From contig NC_043001.1 in the NCBI RefSeq assembly GCF_006345805.1, positions 31,806,001 through 31,870,000 on the forward strand: a DNA stretch of 64,000 bases, read 5' to 3'. The stretch is from Octopus sinensis. Taxonomy: Eukaryota. Every line of letters starts with the position of its first letter. Position 1 is the first letter of the stretch. Made by a program: the position numbers and the translations under genes. The notes beneath the pieces were generated by a model that did no database searches, was not told where the DNA came from, and saw only the letters and a program-made list of their open reading frames with translations. This document shows, piece by piece, positions 1 through 13,200 of this stretch.

Positions 1-256
1 GTCATCATAGGCATTCGTCGTCGTCATCATCATCGTCATCGTCGTCATCATCGTTATCATCGTTATCATCATCATCGTCATCATCATCATCATCATCATC
101 ATCGTCATCGTCATCGTCGTCATCATCATCATCGTCATCGTCATCGAAGTCATCGTCGTCGTCATCATCATCGTCATCATCGGCGCAAGAAGAGAAAGCA
201 ACAACGGTAGCAGTGCAGTTGCATCAGTTTATAGTTATAACAACAATACAAACACC

Positions 257-288
<32 letters not shown>

Positions 289-740
289 CAGCAGCAACAA
301 TAACCACCAGCATCACGACAACAACAATAGCAAGAGAAGCAATATGTGCAATAGCAACAGCAGCAGCAGCAGTAGCGGCGGCAGTAACAGCAGCAGCAGC
401 TGCTGCTGTTTCTGCAGCAAGCAGCTTGGGTACAGCGGCAGTGGTCGATGGTGGCGCTGATGGTGGTGGTGGTGGTGGGGAAAAGCCAGAGTCAGACAGA
501 GAGGTAGCAAGTGCCTGGTGTTGCTTGTTGTTTTCATCGCCGTGGTGATGAAGTGGAGATGGTAGTGGTGGTGGTGGTGGTGGTGGTGGCGACGGTCTGG
601 ATTGTTGCTTATGGTGATGTTTTGGTGTGTAATTGTTGTTGTTGTTGTTGATATTGTTGACAGTGGACAAAATTGATAGTCGACGGTGACGTTGACGATA
701 ATTGCGACGAAATTAACAACAACAATAACATTATTATTAT
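1..740. repeat. Mosaic trinucleotide low-complexity tract (CAT/CGT, CAA/CAG/CAC, then TGG/TGT)
   Basis: Runs of catcgt, caa/cag/cac and ggt/gtt; 18-bp palindrome cagcagcagctgctgctg at 391-408, where the strand composition flips. Confidence 0.9.
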
Positions 741-771
741 TGTTTGTTGCTTATATTATTGTTATCATTAT

Positions 772-1305
772 TGGCTGAGTTAGTAGCGCATGGCCATCAA
801 AGTGACACTGGGGTACAAATATCCAAAGCCCAATATACCCATCATGACTACCCGTTTGATAAGGGTACATCAGGCGCATTTATAACAGCCTTATGTGCGC
901 GACACGGTGACCTGATATCAAGATAAACAGCGCATGACCTTGCAGGTGGAGCCCAGTTGGAATTTTCTTCTGGTCGAGAAGCCCATCCCACTGAAAAGAT
1001 CCCTGAATAAGGGATATAAATCTAAATTTTCCAGAGATGAATTGTTCAAGCCACAAAAAATACCTCTCAACACATGGCTATGATGCTCCCCAACTTACTT
1101 CTGCTCATAACCAGAGATGCACATACCGTCAGCTGCTAAGGGACATACTCAACTGGTTATGGTCAAACAACTGATAGGCAAATCTGTGTTATTGTGAAGA
1201 ATATTTGCTGTAGCCCATCTTTTAGAGCAAACAAAAACAACTACATGACAACACTTCCAGTCACTTAAGATCAAAAGCCATGAGAGCCACTACATCAGGA
1301 CATTA
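772..1305. mobile_element. Unclassified ~0.55-0.6 kb non-coding interspersed element embedded in microsatellite, copy 1
   Basis: Collinear similarity with 1634-2069 and 29853-30345 (gccatcaaagtgac...gcccagttggaattttctt...gatgcaca...gaatattt..tgtagc); ATT repeats on the left. Confidence 0.75.
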
Positions 1306-1633
1306 TAATACAACAGTACTGTTCAACTTTTGGTAGTTTCAGGCAAATTTCTACTGCTTCACCTGCTGCACATCCATGTTGCTGTGGTGTGTGCAGCATT
1401 GAGTGTTCTTTTTTGTTGGAAATGTGCAAACTCTTCCCGGCAATATATTGCATCAGATTTTTTTGAGGTGTGGTGCAGTCATTTGTTGTATTAGAATTTG
1501 TATTGTGTGTGTAAACCGTTGGGTAATCGGATTGCTGGTGGTAGTTTATTTCATTGGATATTTACTGTATAGAGTTTGCCTTGGGTTTGAGGATTTTGTT
1601 TAGGTTGTTGTTATTATCATTATTATTATTATT

Positions 1634-2066
1634 GGGCGAGAGAGCAGAGCGTGCCATCAAAGTGATACTGGGGTAAAATATACGAATACCAGTATACCCA
1701 TCACCACTACATGTCTGATAAGGGTATACTAGGCACATGCATCACAATCATATGTGTGCGACATGGTGACCTTGCAGGTGGAGCCCAGTTAGAATTTTCT
1801 TCAGGTCGAGTAGCCCATCCCACTCAAATAGTCCTTGAATAAGGATTGTTTAAGAGGTAAATTATTCAAATTCCCCCCACTAATTCTGCTCGTGATCAGA
1901 GATGCACATATCGTAAACCACCGAAGGATATGCTCAACTGGTTAAGATCGAACAACTGTGGTATTGAGCAGAATATTTACTGTAGCCCATCTTTTATACC
2001 AAGACAAAACAATATACATGATAAATCAGAATCCATGAGAGCCAGTGCCTGGTACTGCATCGGGGC

Positions 2067-2069
<3 letters not shown>
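1634..2069. mobile_element. Same unclassified element, copy 2 (internal deletions), between (ATT)n tracts
   Basis: Same motifs as copy 1; (att)n at about 1610-1633 and 2067-2129. Confidence 0.75.
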
Positions 2070-2130
<61 letters not shown>

Positions 2131-2284
2131 TCCTTCTTTCTTCAAATTATCTTCCATTTCTCGCCGAGTGTTTTCCATACACCTAGGGCAGAGAAGGGCA
2201 TTGTATGCATTCCCAGAATACACACGCAAATTCACAGGTAAAATATGTATTTAAAAAAATTAATAAATAAATAAATTAATGAAT

Positions 2285-3710
2285 GGATGTTGTTTTCACA
2301 GCGATAATGCTCTTCTCAGTACATGAGTCGTTCCAGTTAATAAGAGTTTTGCACTTCCTGTAGGGATGGTAAGCCTGGTATCATTTTCAAATAGGTTTCA
2401 GTACCTTTTTTTTTTTTTTTATCATTTTTAGAGATCCTGCAATCACTGATACTGTAGTCGCCTTGAGATGCCACATTTTTTCAATTTCTATTAGAAAGTC
2501 TTTATATTTGCTGATCTTGTCAAATTCTTTCGCCGCTATATTGTGATCGCAAGGAATACGTATGTCAATTAATAAACACACCTTTTTGGTCTGATATTTT
2601 ATAATAATATCCGGTTTATTAGGTTTTATAGTTTTGTTGGTCTGTACGGGGAAGTCCCATAGAATCGACACATGGTCTCCCTCAGTCACAGCTTCAGGAT
2701 GGTGTTTATACCATTTGTCAGTGGTTTTGATTTTATAATGCCGACACATTGTCCAGTGTATATACCAGCAGACTCTGTCATGTCTTGCTTTATATTCTAC
2801 AGGTGCTAAGACTCTACACCCTGAGATTAGGTGGTCTATTGTTTCAATCTCATCGTTACAGAATCCGTATTTTGGGTCAGCTCCATTTTTTTATCACATT
2901 GGCTTGGTAGTTCCGGGTTAATAAGATTTGGTCTTGAGCAGCTAATATGAAACATTCACTCTCTGCTTTTAGCCCTGAGCTTCGTAACCATTGATGCGTG
3001 TGTTTCTGGTCGACATCAGCTTGTTTGCTACGGGCCACATACTTGCCACAGAGAGGTTTCTGTTCCCATCTGCTAGCTAATTTTTCATGTGCTTTTGTCT
3101 TTGCAATTAATTTTCTTTTCTTTGCAGCTGCAGTTGGCGCATTTCCTTCAGCCTGATCAATCTGGTGGGTATCTAAGAGATCAGTAGTGAATTTTTTGCT
3201 CTCTTTCAGAATAGAGTGAAGTTTTTTCGGTATTCAATGTTTTTCAACAAGTTTTAGCATCCAATTGTTGGTTGTTTCAAGGTATTTGGCCAGTCCGATT
3301 GTGGTGGTTTTGTACGTAAGTTCAAGCTGGATCAAACCTTGTCCTCCCTGAGCTCTGGGAAGGTAAAGACGATTCACGTCTGCCTTTGGATGGTGCATCT
3401 TATTACAAGTCAGTAGATTGCAGATTTTTCTATCAATTTTCATTATTACATTGGTATTCCAGTTAAGCACACTGATGCTATAAAGAACAACTGGGACTGC
3501 TAAGGAATTTATGGCTAACACCTTATTATACGCATTCAGCTCAGACTTCAGGGCTGCTCGAACTTTTCTATAACATTCCTTCCTAACCTTCTCTTTCATG
3601 CTTGCATGCTGGATACTAGAGCCTTCATTTATTCCTAGGTATTTATAGGTTTGTTCCTACTCAAGTTCCTTTATTACTGTTTCGACAGCTAATTCGATTG
3701 AACTATGGAC
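2285..3710 (-). mobile_element. 5'-truncated, degenerate non-LTR retrotransposon with restriction-like endonuclease (R4/Dong-like)
   Basis: Minus-strand YKYLG; RLYLPRAQGGQGL (ORF 3234-3599); zinc knuckle xGFC..ETIDHLISGC and RHD; RLE ILWDFPVQT..KPDIII..CLLIDIRIP..KISKY (ORF 2387-2749); ends ..HVLRRALSL*. Stops and frameshifts present. Confidence 0.85.
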
Positions 3711-3834
3711 TAATAATAACAATAGATAGTACGGTAAACAGTAGGTATTAATGAAATATACTGTCAGTAAAAGACTCTGCGACACCGGAACAAAAGTACA
3801 GGTATTTTAACAATAAAAAGGATTCACTTATTTC

Positions 3835-3970
3835 ACCATACATATACACAAGGCTTTGAGCGGCCCGAAGCTCTAGTAGAAGACACTTGCCCAAGGAACC
3901 CCGCAGTGGGGCAGAACCCGGAACTATGCGGTTGGTAAGCAAGGTACTTACCACACAGCCAGTCCTGCGC
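3835..3970 (-). mobile_element. tRNA-headed SINE family A, head only
   Basis: Reverse complement gcaggactggctgtgtggtaagtacc...ccgggttc...cttgggcaagtgtcttctactagagcttcgggcc matches the other family A copies. Confidence 0.8.
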
Positions 3971-3972
3971 TT

Positions 3973-4109
3973 ATATATATACTCATACACACATACATAC
4001 ATACATACATACATACATACATACATACATACACATATATATATGTCTGTGTGTCTGTCTATCTATCTATCTATCTATTTGTCTCTCTGTCTATCTATCT
4101 ATCTATATC

Positions 4110-4165
<56 letters not shown>

Positions 4166-5017
4166 CTATCTACACACACACACACCACACACATACACAC
4201 TTTCACATGTCCATAGGAAAAAAGTTGTATCTATCTCGCACCTTAACAAACATAAACACCATTAGAGAGGAAATATTAAATATACATATTTACATCTTCG
4301 AAATGATTGTATTTAAGTACGTATCAGTCAACGAATCAATCACTCAGCCAATCACTTCTTCAATCAGCCAATCAATCTATTTCCATGTGTATACTGCGTG
4401 AATATGTATACACATAGTTGTACACATACATATATGTATGTGACTGTTAGCCTGCATGCAAGCGATACATCGTTGTTTTTATTGTTTTATACACTCACAC
4501 GAAATAAAATTTCTCTTAAAATTAGATCAGTCATCAGAGACAAACACACATGCAATGTAACATATACGTGCATACTTATCACTCTGTTATGTCACTTAAC
4601 GAAGGCAGTTTAACTTCTGTCTTCATGAGAACATTATTTCATGCGTTATGGAGCTGAACGCACGCTACGTGGGATTAACAGCGTTAGGTCTTCTATATAC
4701 TTTAAACTTGAAAGCAGTGGCTATTCTGCGTGTCTAACATCAAAATAGTAGCTATTTACTGAATTATATACAGGTATATACAGGCTTTCATTCATTAAAT
4801 CATATTTATAATGGACTGGAAATCAGTGACATTTCGTTGTTAATAAATATTTATAGTTTTAGTCAACCTACGTATAGCCTATCTTTCCTACATAAACTTA
4901 TATCCACACAGGGACACACATGTACATTGCCCCACACAAATGTCTATGTGTGTGTGTGTGCGTGTGTGTGTGTATATATATATACATATATATATCTATA
5001 TACATATATTTATGTAT

Positions 5018-5052
<35 letters not shown>

Positions 5053-5115
5053 GATATATATATATATATATACACACATATATATATATGTATACACACA
5101 TATATATATGTATAT

Positions 5116-5156
<41 letters not shown>

Positions 5157-5300
5157 TATATATGTATATGCACACATATATATATATATGTATATATACA
5201 CACATATATATACATATATATATATATATGTATATACACACACATATATATATATGTACATACACATATATATATATACATATATACATATATACAAGCA
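3973..5300. repeat. Compound microsatellites (CATA)n,(CTAT)n,(CA)n,(TA)n with short unique spacer
   Basis: Direct inspection; source of the [12 protein letters not shown] ORFs. Similar tracts recur throughout the window. Confidence 0.95.
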
Positions 5301-5389
5301 TGAACATACACCTGCGCGCGCATGTATACCTACGAAGTACTATTATTTATATATTTCTCCGTAGACTGAAAAAAGAATGTGATGGACAG

Positions 5390-5430
5390 TAATAATCGAT
5401 TTTCGACCCTAATTAGTGTCTCATCAGAGG
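5390..5430 (-). ncRNA. Hammerhead-like core (minimal type I), stem I 3' strand not pairing
   Basis: Reverse complement: CTGATGA GAC actaattagg GTC GAAA ATCGAT TA; canonical core, palindromic stem III. Confidence 0.5.
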
Positions 5431-5667
5431 TGTCTCCATCACTTGATCAATCCCAGAAAAATAAGCAACCTGTCTATTTATATATTACACTGCAATACAA
5501 GTTTCAGTGAATTGCAGACACCAATTCTCATAATATAAGTGTTTAACTCTTATTTAATACCAATGATCTGTCAGTGTGGATTCCGATCCTAACAGTGCCA
5601 AACTATGATAGAACTATGTAGTAGACAAACACGGCAATTTAAGTATTTCTCAAAGTATTGAAAAAAT

Positions 5668-5714
5668 GATGAACAACTGTTTTCGCCTCGAATTGAGGCC
5701 TCCTCAGAAGTGTC
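5668..5714 (-). ncRNA. Hammerhead-like core (minimal type I), stem I 3' strand not pairing
   Basis: Reverse complement: gacactt CTGAGGA G GCCTC aattc GAGGC GAAA ACAGTTGT TC. Confidence 0.5.
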
Positions 5715-5724
5715 TAGTTTCAGA

Positions 5725-6456
5725 TGTATGTATGTCATTATTCAATTTTATTTCAAGATTTCTTGCCAATAGAGAAAGAGTCGGTTTCTAACCTAGATTC
5801 AAGGCTATTTAATTGGAATTTCAACAACATCAACTGGGCATTTTTGTATGCATGCTTGTATGTATGTATGTATGTATGTATGTATGTATGTATGTATGTA
5901 TACTCTTTTACTCTTTTACTTGTTTCAGTCATTTGACTGCGGCCATGCTGGAGCACCGCCTTTAGTCGAGCAAATCGACCCCGGGACTTATTCTTTGTAA
6001 GCCCAGTGCTTATTCTATCAGTCTCTTTTGGCGAACCGCTAAGTGACGGGGACGTAAACACACCAGCATCGGTTGTCAAGCAATGCTAAGGGGACAAACA
6101 CACACACATACATATATATATATATACATATATACGACAGGCTTCTTTCAGTTTCCGTCTACCAAATCCACTCACAAGGCATTGGTCGGCCCGGGGCTAT
6201 AGCAGAAGACACTTGCACAAGGTGCCACGCAGTGGGACTGAACCCGGAACCATGTGGTTGTTTAGCATGTATGTATGTATGTATGTATGTATGTATAGAT
6301 TTGTATGTATTGTTTTATGTATACATTCTCATGCATAAAGTTGCATGTCTGGACATGCGCAGATATACTTAAATGTTAAACTTCTGGTAAATTTTACAGA
6401 GTTTTACAGATCCAGTGATGGCTTGGATCTGTAGTCTTCGAATCAGCTTTCCCCTT
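5725..6456 (-). mobile_element. RLE-type LINE 3' end (ORF terminus 6293-6456 plus distal tail 5725-5848), split by a family A SINE
   Basis: RGKLIRRLQIQAITGSVKLCKIYQKFNI* on the minus strand; tail gaaattcc..tagaaaccgactctttctctattggcaagaaatcttgaaat is the same as at 44508-44620. Confidence 0.75.
5905..6262 (-). mobile_element. SINE family A (near full length)
   Basis: Head, internal (TA)n and tail ..gcttgacaaccgatgctggtgtg..ggcggtgctccagcatggccgcagtcaaatgactgaaacaagtaaaagag. Confidence 0.9.
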
Positions 6457-6475
6457 TGTATGTATGTATGAATAT

Positions 6476-6700
6476 GTGCTGGCATAATCGTTAGCATGCC
6501 GGGCGAAATGCTTAACGGTATTTCGTCTGCCGTTACGTTCTGAGTTCATTTTCCGCCGAGGTCAACTTTGCCTTTCATCCTTTCGGGGTCGATTAAATAC
6601 GTACCAGTTACGCACTGGAGTCGATATAATCGACTTAATCCCTTTGTCTGTCCTTGTTTGTCCCCTCTATGTTTAACCCCCTGTGGACAATAATAAAAAA
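6476..6700 (+). mobile_element. SINE family B (CORE-like body)
   Basis: gccgggcgaaatg..ttctgagttca..ccgccgaggtcaactttgcctttcatcctttcggggtcgat..gtacc..tttgtcccctct. Confidence 0.9.
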
Positions 6701-6769
6701 GTATGTATGTATCTATGTACGTACGTATGTATGAACATGTCCATATTTGGATGTTTTGTTCTATGTATG

Positions 6770-6900
6770 TGTTGTCATGCGTATAGTTACATATCTAGAC
6801 ATGCACATGTATACATAAATGATAAACTTCTGGTTTTACAGATTTTTGTAGCTCCAGTGATTGCTAGGATCTGTAGTCTTCGAATTAGCTTTCTCCTGTG
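6770..6900 (-). mobile_element. RLE-type LINE ORF terminus in (TATG)n
   Basis: RRKLIRRLQILAITGATKICKT on the minus strand, homologous to 6293-6456. Confidence 0.7.
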
Positions 6901-7145
6901 TATGTATGTATGTATGTATGTATGTATGTATGCATGCATGTGTATATGTATGTATGCATGTGTATATGTATGTATGTATGTATGTATGGTATGTATGTAT
7001 GTATGTATGTATGCATGTGTGTATGTATGTATGTATGTATGTATGTATTACATATGTATCTATAGGCACAGAACTTCGCGCGGTTTTGGATTCAGTTTTA
7101 CTTTCATGTACCTTGTGCGAGTGTCATACGTTATGGCCTCTAGTT

Positions 7146-7432
7146 CAGCACTATTCAAAGTGGTGGTCCATGGACCGGTGCCGGTCCTCGAGCAAGCATC
7201 TGCGATTTTCCAGAGAAGAAAGAAATATTATAAAATGCTTATAAGATGCTTATGTAATATTGTATTATTTGTCCACAAAATAAATATAAGATAAATTATC
7301 AACTTTTATTATATTCATTATATATATTGTTTCAGGTATAAATTAATATTACTAAGAAATATTTCCGGTCTTTGGGACAGTAGGGGGAAAAAAACTGCTG
7401 GTACGCCACATCAGATAGTTTGAGAAGCACTG
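7146..7432. mobile_element. hAT (Charlie-like) MITE inserted into an old family A SINE
   Basis: Ends CAGCACTATTCAAA / TTTGAGAAGCACTG; 8-bp TSD ctctagtt (7138-7145) / ctctagtc (7433-7440); the flanks rejoin to SINE A internal sequence. Confidence 0.75.
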
Positions 7433-7781
7433 CTCTAGTCGATCAAAGCCTTGTGAGTGAAATTTGGTAACAAAAACTGTATAGAAGTATGCTGAATAAA
7501 TGCATACGTACATTTTCATGCAAACATACATACATACTTGCATACATGTATGTATGTATGTATGTTATTATAAATATGCATACATATATATATATATATA
7601 ATATATTATATATATATAAACATATTAATATATATATATATATAGATATATATATATATATAAATAAATGAAAGAATGGAGTTGAACGACGAATTAACAA
7701 AATTCCTTTATTTTATTTTCGACATATGTTTCGAAGGCTGAATTATCCATAATAAGATAATTCATTCAACTACTCAATTAT

Positions 7782-7838
<57 letters not shown>

Positions 7839-8313
7839 GCACGTATGTGTGTATATATATCTTTTATTTTATATATATACATGCATACGCATATAAATGT
7901 ATGTATATATATATATATATATATATAATTATATATACATAAACACACACACACAGACATACATACACGCGTGTGCGCGCGCGCGCGCGCGCGCGTGTGT
8001 GTGTATTCTAATTTTGCTTAGGCATAGCGATTGTAGTAACCAGCTGTTAGAACTCAGAAGTATGCTGTAGATTAAAGAGTCAGGTGAGTACAGAGCGTAA
8101 TATCAATTAAGGAATGATAAAAGAAATATTACGTAATTACTTTCATTAGCTATACGATATTGCACAAGCACTCAGCTCTAACTGCAAAGCTTCTTATAGC
8201 AGAAACACTTGTATGCTAATCAAAAAATGTCTACATACCTGCCTACCTACCTACCTACCTACCTACCTACCTACCTGCTTGCCTGCCTCTGTGTCTATCC
8301 GTCTATCCATCTA

Positions 8314-8349
<36 letters not shown>

Positions 8350-8545
8350 CCTACCTACCTACCTACCTACCTACCTACCTACCTACCTATCAACCTACCT
8401 ACCTACCTACCTACCTACCTACCTACCTACCTGTCTCTCTATCTGTCTGTCTCTCTAGCTGCTTGTCTGCCTGTGTATGTGTCTATCGATCTATCTATCT
8501 ATCTATCTATTATATTAATGAAAATAACACTCAGACACTCACACC

Positions 8546-8580
<35 letters not shown>

Positions 8581-8589
8581 CATACACGA

Positions 8590-8620
<31 letters not shown>

Positions 8621-9581
8621 AATACACACACACACACAAAAATGCTTGAATCAAAGATGGAGACAGGAAATTGAAACCGGACGCTTCGTAAATTAAATAT
8701 AACTACTGAGTAAATTGTTTTATTTTACAGACTTGATGTTTTAGCAAAGAAATTCTGCTTACACGAATGTACTATTTTTTAGCGGAGTTTGTATATTTTC
8801 TGATATGTAATTTCAATGCTACTTTGCTACTTTTAATATCTGTAATAAATATTATTCTATCTACCTACACTAAATTAAATCTAATATATCCAGGTACACC
8901 TTAGATTAAATCTAAGGTATCCGGTTTTAATCTAAGGTGTATCTGCTGAAGAAGACTTCGCCTAGCAAATTATTTTATTTGCTAAATAAAGTCTGAAACC
9001 ATTGGTCCAGGAATTAGATGGTAAATGTTTTTATTTTTCATCCCCTTCGAAATTTTATCCCTATTAGTGGTTTGGAATTTAACTGTCTTCTCTAGCGTAG
9101 AAGGAGCCGAAATTGCGAGGATAATCTGGTGCTTGACTGAAGAACGAAAACTTCGAAAGACTCGTCCTTGTTTTTTTTGTATCGTCTATCTGGATGTTTT
9201 GTTGTCCCTTTTGTATCACCTAGCTGTCCTGATGTTTTGCGTTCTTAATCGTATAGTTTCTTCGCTTCGACCCCGTTCCACAGCGCCTCTCGAAAATGTG
9301 TACGACCACACACATGGAGATATATAAGATACATTCCCGTGGTCTTGTGTACTCTCGTATTTACACAACATCTGGTATTATACCGAAGGGAGTGTGATCA
9401 TAAGTGTTTATGTATGTTTGCATGCATGTATGTATGCATGTATGCATGCATGCATGTATGTATGCATGTATGTATGTATGCATGTATGTATGGATGCATG
9501 TATGTATGTATGCATGTACATATTTAAATACATACATACACACACACGCGCACACACACACACGCGCACACACACACATAC

Positions 9582-9619
<38 letters not shown>

Positions 9620-9625
<6 letters not shown>

Positions 9626-10168
9626 TATGTCAGGTCACTTTTGAGTGCTACTGGTAACATGTAACCAAGTACAACCTGTTGCCTGGTCGGGTCGTTGGCG
9701 ACTAAACCGGCAACCTCACCAAGCTTACTTGGTGAGGAGGGTGTTTATTGGACACCCTGCTGGATGAAAAACAAAACCCGTCAAAGGGCGGAGGAACTCT
9801 TGAGAGTCAACGGCCATCCAATAAATGTCTTAAGGCTGTATCATGCGCGGGAACATAGAAATAATCGGACTGAATACACGATCGCGCGGTTAAACCATTG
9901 GTAGTGAAGGACTCCTAGCCTTTGTTAGGGCATCCTTCTAGGAGAAGGCAACTCAGGTAACTGGGATAACTCAGCCATAAAACCTGCGGCTCAGTGGTTA
10001 CCGATGATGTTGACTTGTTCTTTTCGGATTATGGCTGCTGTTACTTAGTGAGTGGGATTGACAAGTGCACAGCCTTTCCTCACTTTAAAAAAATTCTTCT
10101 TGCACAGGCATTGCACGATAACAACATTGATTAAGCTTCGTGCAATGGCCATACTCGATAACGAGGGG
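9620..10168 (+). mobile_element. GC-richer, hairpin-rich ~550-bp element between (TA)n tracts; resembles a LINE 5'UTR or non-autonomous element
   Basis: Sharp compositional contrast; (TA)n on both sides; stems at 9678-9713, 9714-9737 and about 10109-10147; no ORF homology. Confidence 0.4.
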
Positions 10169-10173
10169 GCAGC

Positions 10174-10224
<51 letters not shown>

Positions 10225-10363
10225 GTAGATATATGTAAATGTATGTATGCATATATGTATGTATAAATATACATACACGCACACACCCACATGCACATAT
10301 AGGTTTGATGTATATGTGTACACACACATACACACAAACATACACACACACACACACACACAG

Positions 10364-10461
<98 letters not shown>

Positions 10462-11205
10462 CAGACACCACAACACAACACAAACAAACAAACAATTTTC
10501 CTCATTTTATTCAGATGATGTGACCAAGAAGGTCTTGAAATGTTAATGGACCTCGGAAAGCTATTGGTCAAAACTAAGTATAAAAACAAAACTGAGAAGG
10601 AAATATTAAAAAAATAAAAATAAAACAAAAAAGATAAAATCGTTAATAAAATACATTAAAGACAAGCACATCAATATAAGAAGTTTGAATGTAAAGCTGT
10701 CCCTAATATATACATATACAAATACACACACACACACATACATATATATACAAACACTTAATGTGTTTATGAATATATATATGTGTTTGTGTATGTACAA
10801 GCATATATATATGTATATCTGTATGTATTTGATTTCAAGTGTGATGTGAACGTATATGAACGCATTCAGACAGTCAATAAGTTAACCGGTCATCAATAAG
10901 AGCTAAGCAAATAGTAACAAACGTTGAAAAATTGCACCCGCCATTTTTCCATTGCCTCTTCTTCCCGTCAATGAATGTATCGTCTGGTGCAGATGCAGTG
11001 CAGACGGTAAAAAAAAATATGGTGTTATAAAGGGCTATTAATGATGTATAGCGGCGGGGTCTGCAATGAATGGTTGAGGGTTCATAATAAATTGAAATCA
11101 AATCTTTTCATAATGCTGCAGCTGCTATTTTTTGTTTGTTCTTATTGCACCTATTCGTACCAACGGGAAATGTTCCTGCTGTGGTTGCTGAGTACGCTTC
11201 GGCTG

Positions 11206-11275
<70 letters not shown>

Positions 11276-11293
11276 ATCTATCTATATGTATAT

Positions 11294-11340
<47 letters not shown>

Positions 11341-11417
11341 CCCACTACCTACCTATCTACTTACCTATCTATCTATCTACCTACCTATCTACTTACTATC
11401 TATCTATCTATCTATCG

Positions 11418-11469
<52 letters not shown>

Positions 11470-11912
11470 GTCTGTCTGTCTATCTATCTGCGTGCATCAC
11501 TTGCTCTTTTCCTCTCTCTTTACACACACACACTTATTATTTTAAAGCAGCGAAATATGTACTGATGTGTTGACTTTATACTGAGAGCAGAGTCCAATTT
11601 ATTTTGATGTGATGATCAAGTTAAAAAGGACATAAATAAATAAACACACATACACACACACACATACGGGCGCGCGCAACTCTTTTAAGAACGGTAGAAC
11701 ACCAAGCAGATAAAGCTATAACAAATAGTATGAAAACAGCTTTAAAAGCCTTTTTAATAGAAAGACGAAGGGTGCTTTCAACTTTTTCTATCCAAAGTTA
11801 TAGCTTTATCTGCTTCGTGTTTCACTGTTCCCAATAAGTTTTGAAATTCTTATTACCTCAAACACTTACACACACATATATGTATGCATATCTGTACATA
11901 GCTATCTATCAC

Positions 11913-12014
<102 letters not shown>

Positions 12015-12023
12015 TATAAATAA

Positions 12024-12056
<33 letters not shown>

Positions 12057-12089
12057 GAGAGAGAAAGAAAGTGAGAGAGAGAGTGTGGG

Positions 12090-12146
12090 AGAGAGAACGT
12101 TAATTATACGGATAAACAAATTAAATATAACATGTTCGGTTTGATA

Positions 12147-12181
<35 letters not shown>

Positions 12182-12895
12182 TATATGGGTACAGGGCGTA
12201 ACCAACTGTGTAAACAACATGAAGTACGAAAACTAACGAGTTAAATACGCAAACAACGAGAGAAAAAATGGAAAACAGGACAAATAACACAGAGAACGAC
12301 TGCCTATCTACTTCTCATTTCGAGCATTCAACGACAGTATGAGTCTTCGAAGACAGTTGCTTTCATAAATACCAAAATACAATTTTGGATTTATGGAGCG
12401 TCAAAGTTGGAAACAAAAACAGGACAGTGGAGACATACAAGGAAACCAAACGAAAACAAACATGGATAGTCGTTAGACCAGAACGAGAAGAAAATAGTGA
12501 ACGCCGGGAGAAATATTTTCTTTGAAAAGAGAAAACGATAGAAGAGAGAGATAGATAGAAATAGAACAGAGAGATAGATAGAAGACGTCCAGTCCTTTGA
12601 ACGATGTGAAGGAAAAGAAAGATGGTCACGTGTGAAAAAGAAAGATGGACGATGGTCACATGTGAACAAAGAGAGAAAGAAAAAGAGAAAGAGGGAGAGA
12701 AACTGATAGAAGACGGTGAAGGGGAAAAGGGGAATTAGAGAAGGATGGGGCGGAAAACAGTATAGAGTAGAGTTGCATCGAAAAGGTTAAGATAAACTTA
12801 CTAGGAAATGGATGCGTGGTGTTCAATTAAATAATAATATAAATAATATATATGTATGTATGTATGTAATATATATATAATATATATAGAATATA

Positions 12896-12928
<33 letters not shown>

Positions 12929-13200
12929 CATTATATATATATATATATATATAATATCTATATATATATGGATATAGGACGTCAACAACTGTGTAAACAA
13001 CATGAAGAACGAAAACAAACGAGTTAATATATATGTATGTAAACAGAGAAAATAAAGACCGGAGATTTTCAGACAACGAATATGTAAGTATGAATATATA
13101 GATATTTAGATCAAACTTACACACCGTACAAATGACAGGAGAAATGAAAGGGGACTCCAACAGCTGTTTCTAGGGGCTCGGAAATCCATCATAATGTTGG
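12090..13200. mobile_element. Two related (TA)n-flanked fragments (about 12180-12300 and 12965-13060) of a Penelope pLTR-like repeat
   Basis: Shared caactgtgtaaacaacatgaag.acgaaaac.aacgagttaa; resembles the other TA-flanked units; no intact ribozyme. Confidence 0.45.

Noticed and set aside
213-670. Pro/Ala/His-rich ORFs resembling a transcription-factor low-complexity region
   Set aside because: Pure trinucleotide mosaic open on both strands; no domain or convincing splice sites; similar tracts at 33385-33500 and 54950-55230.
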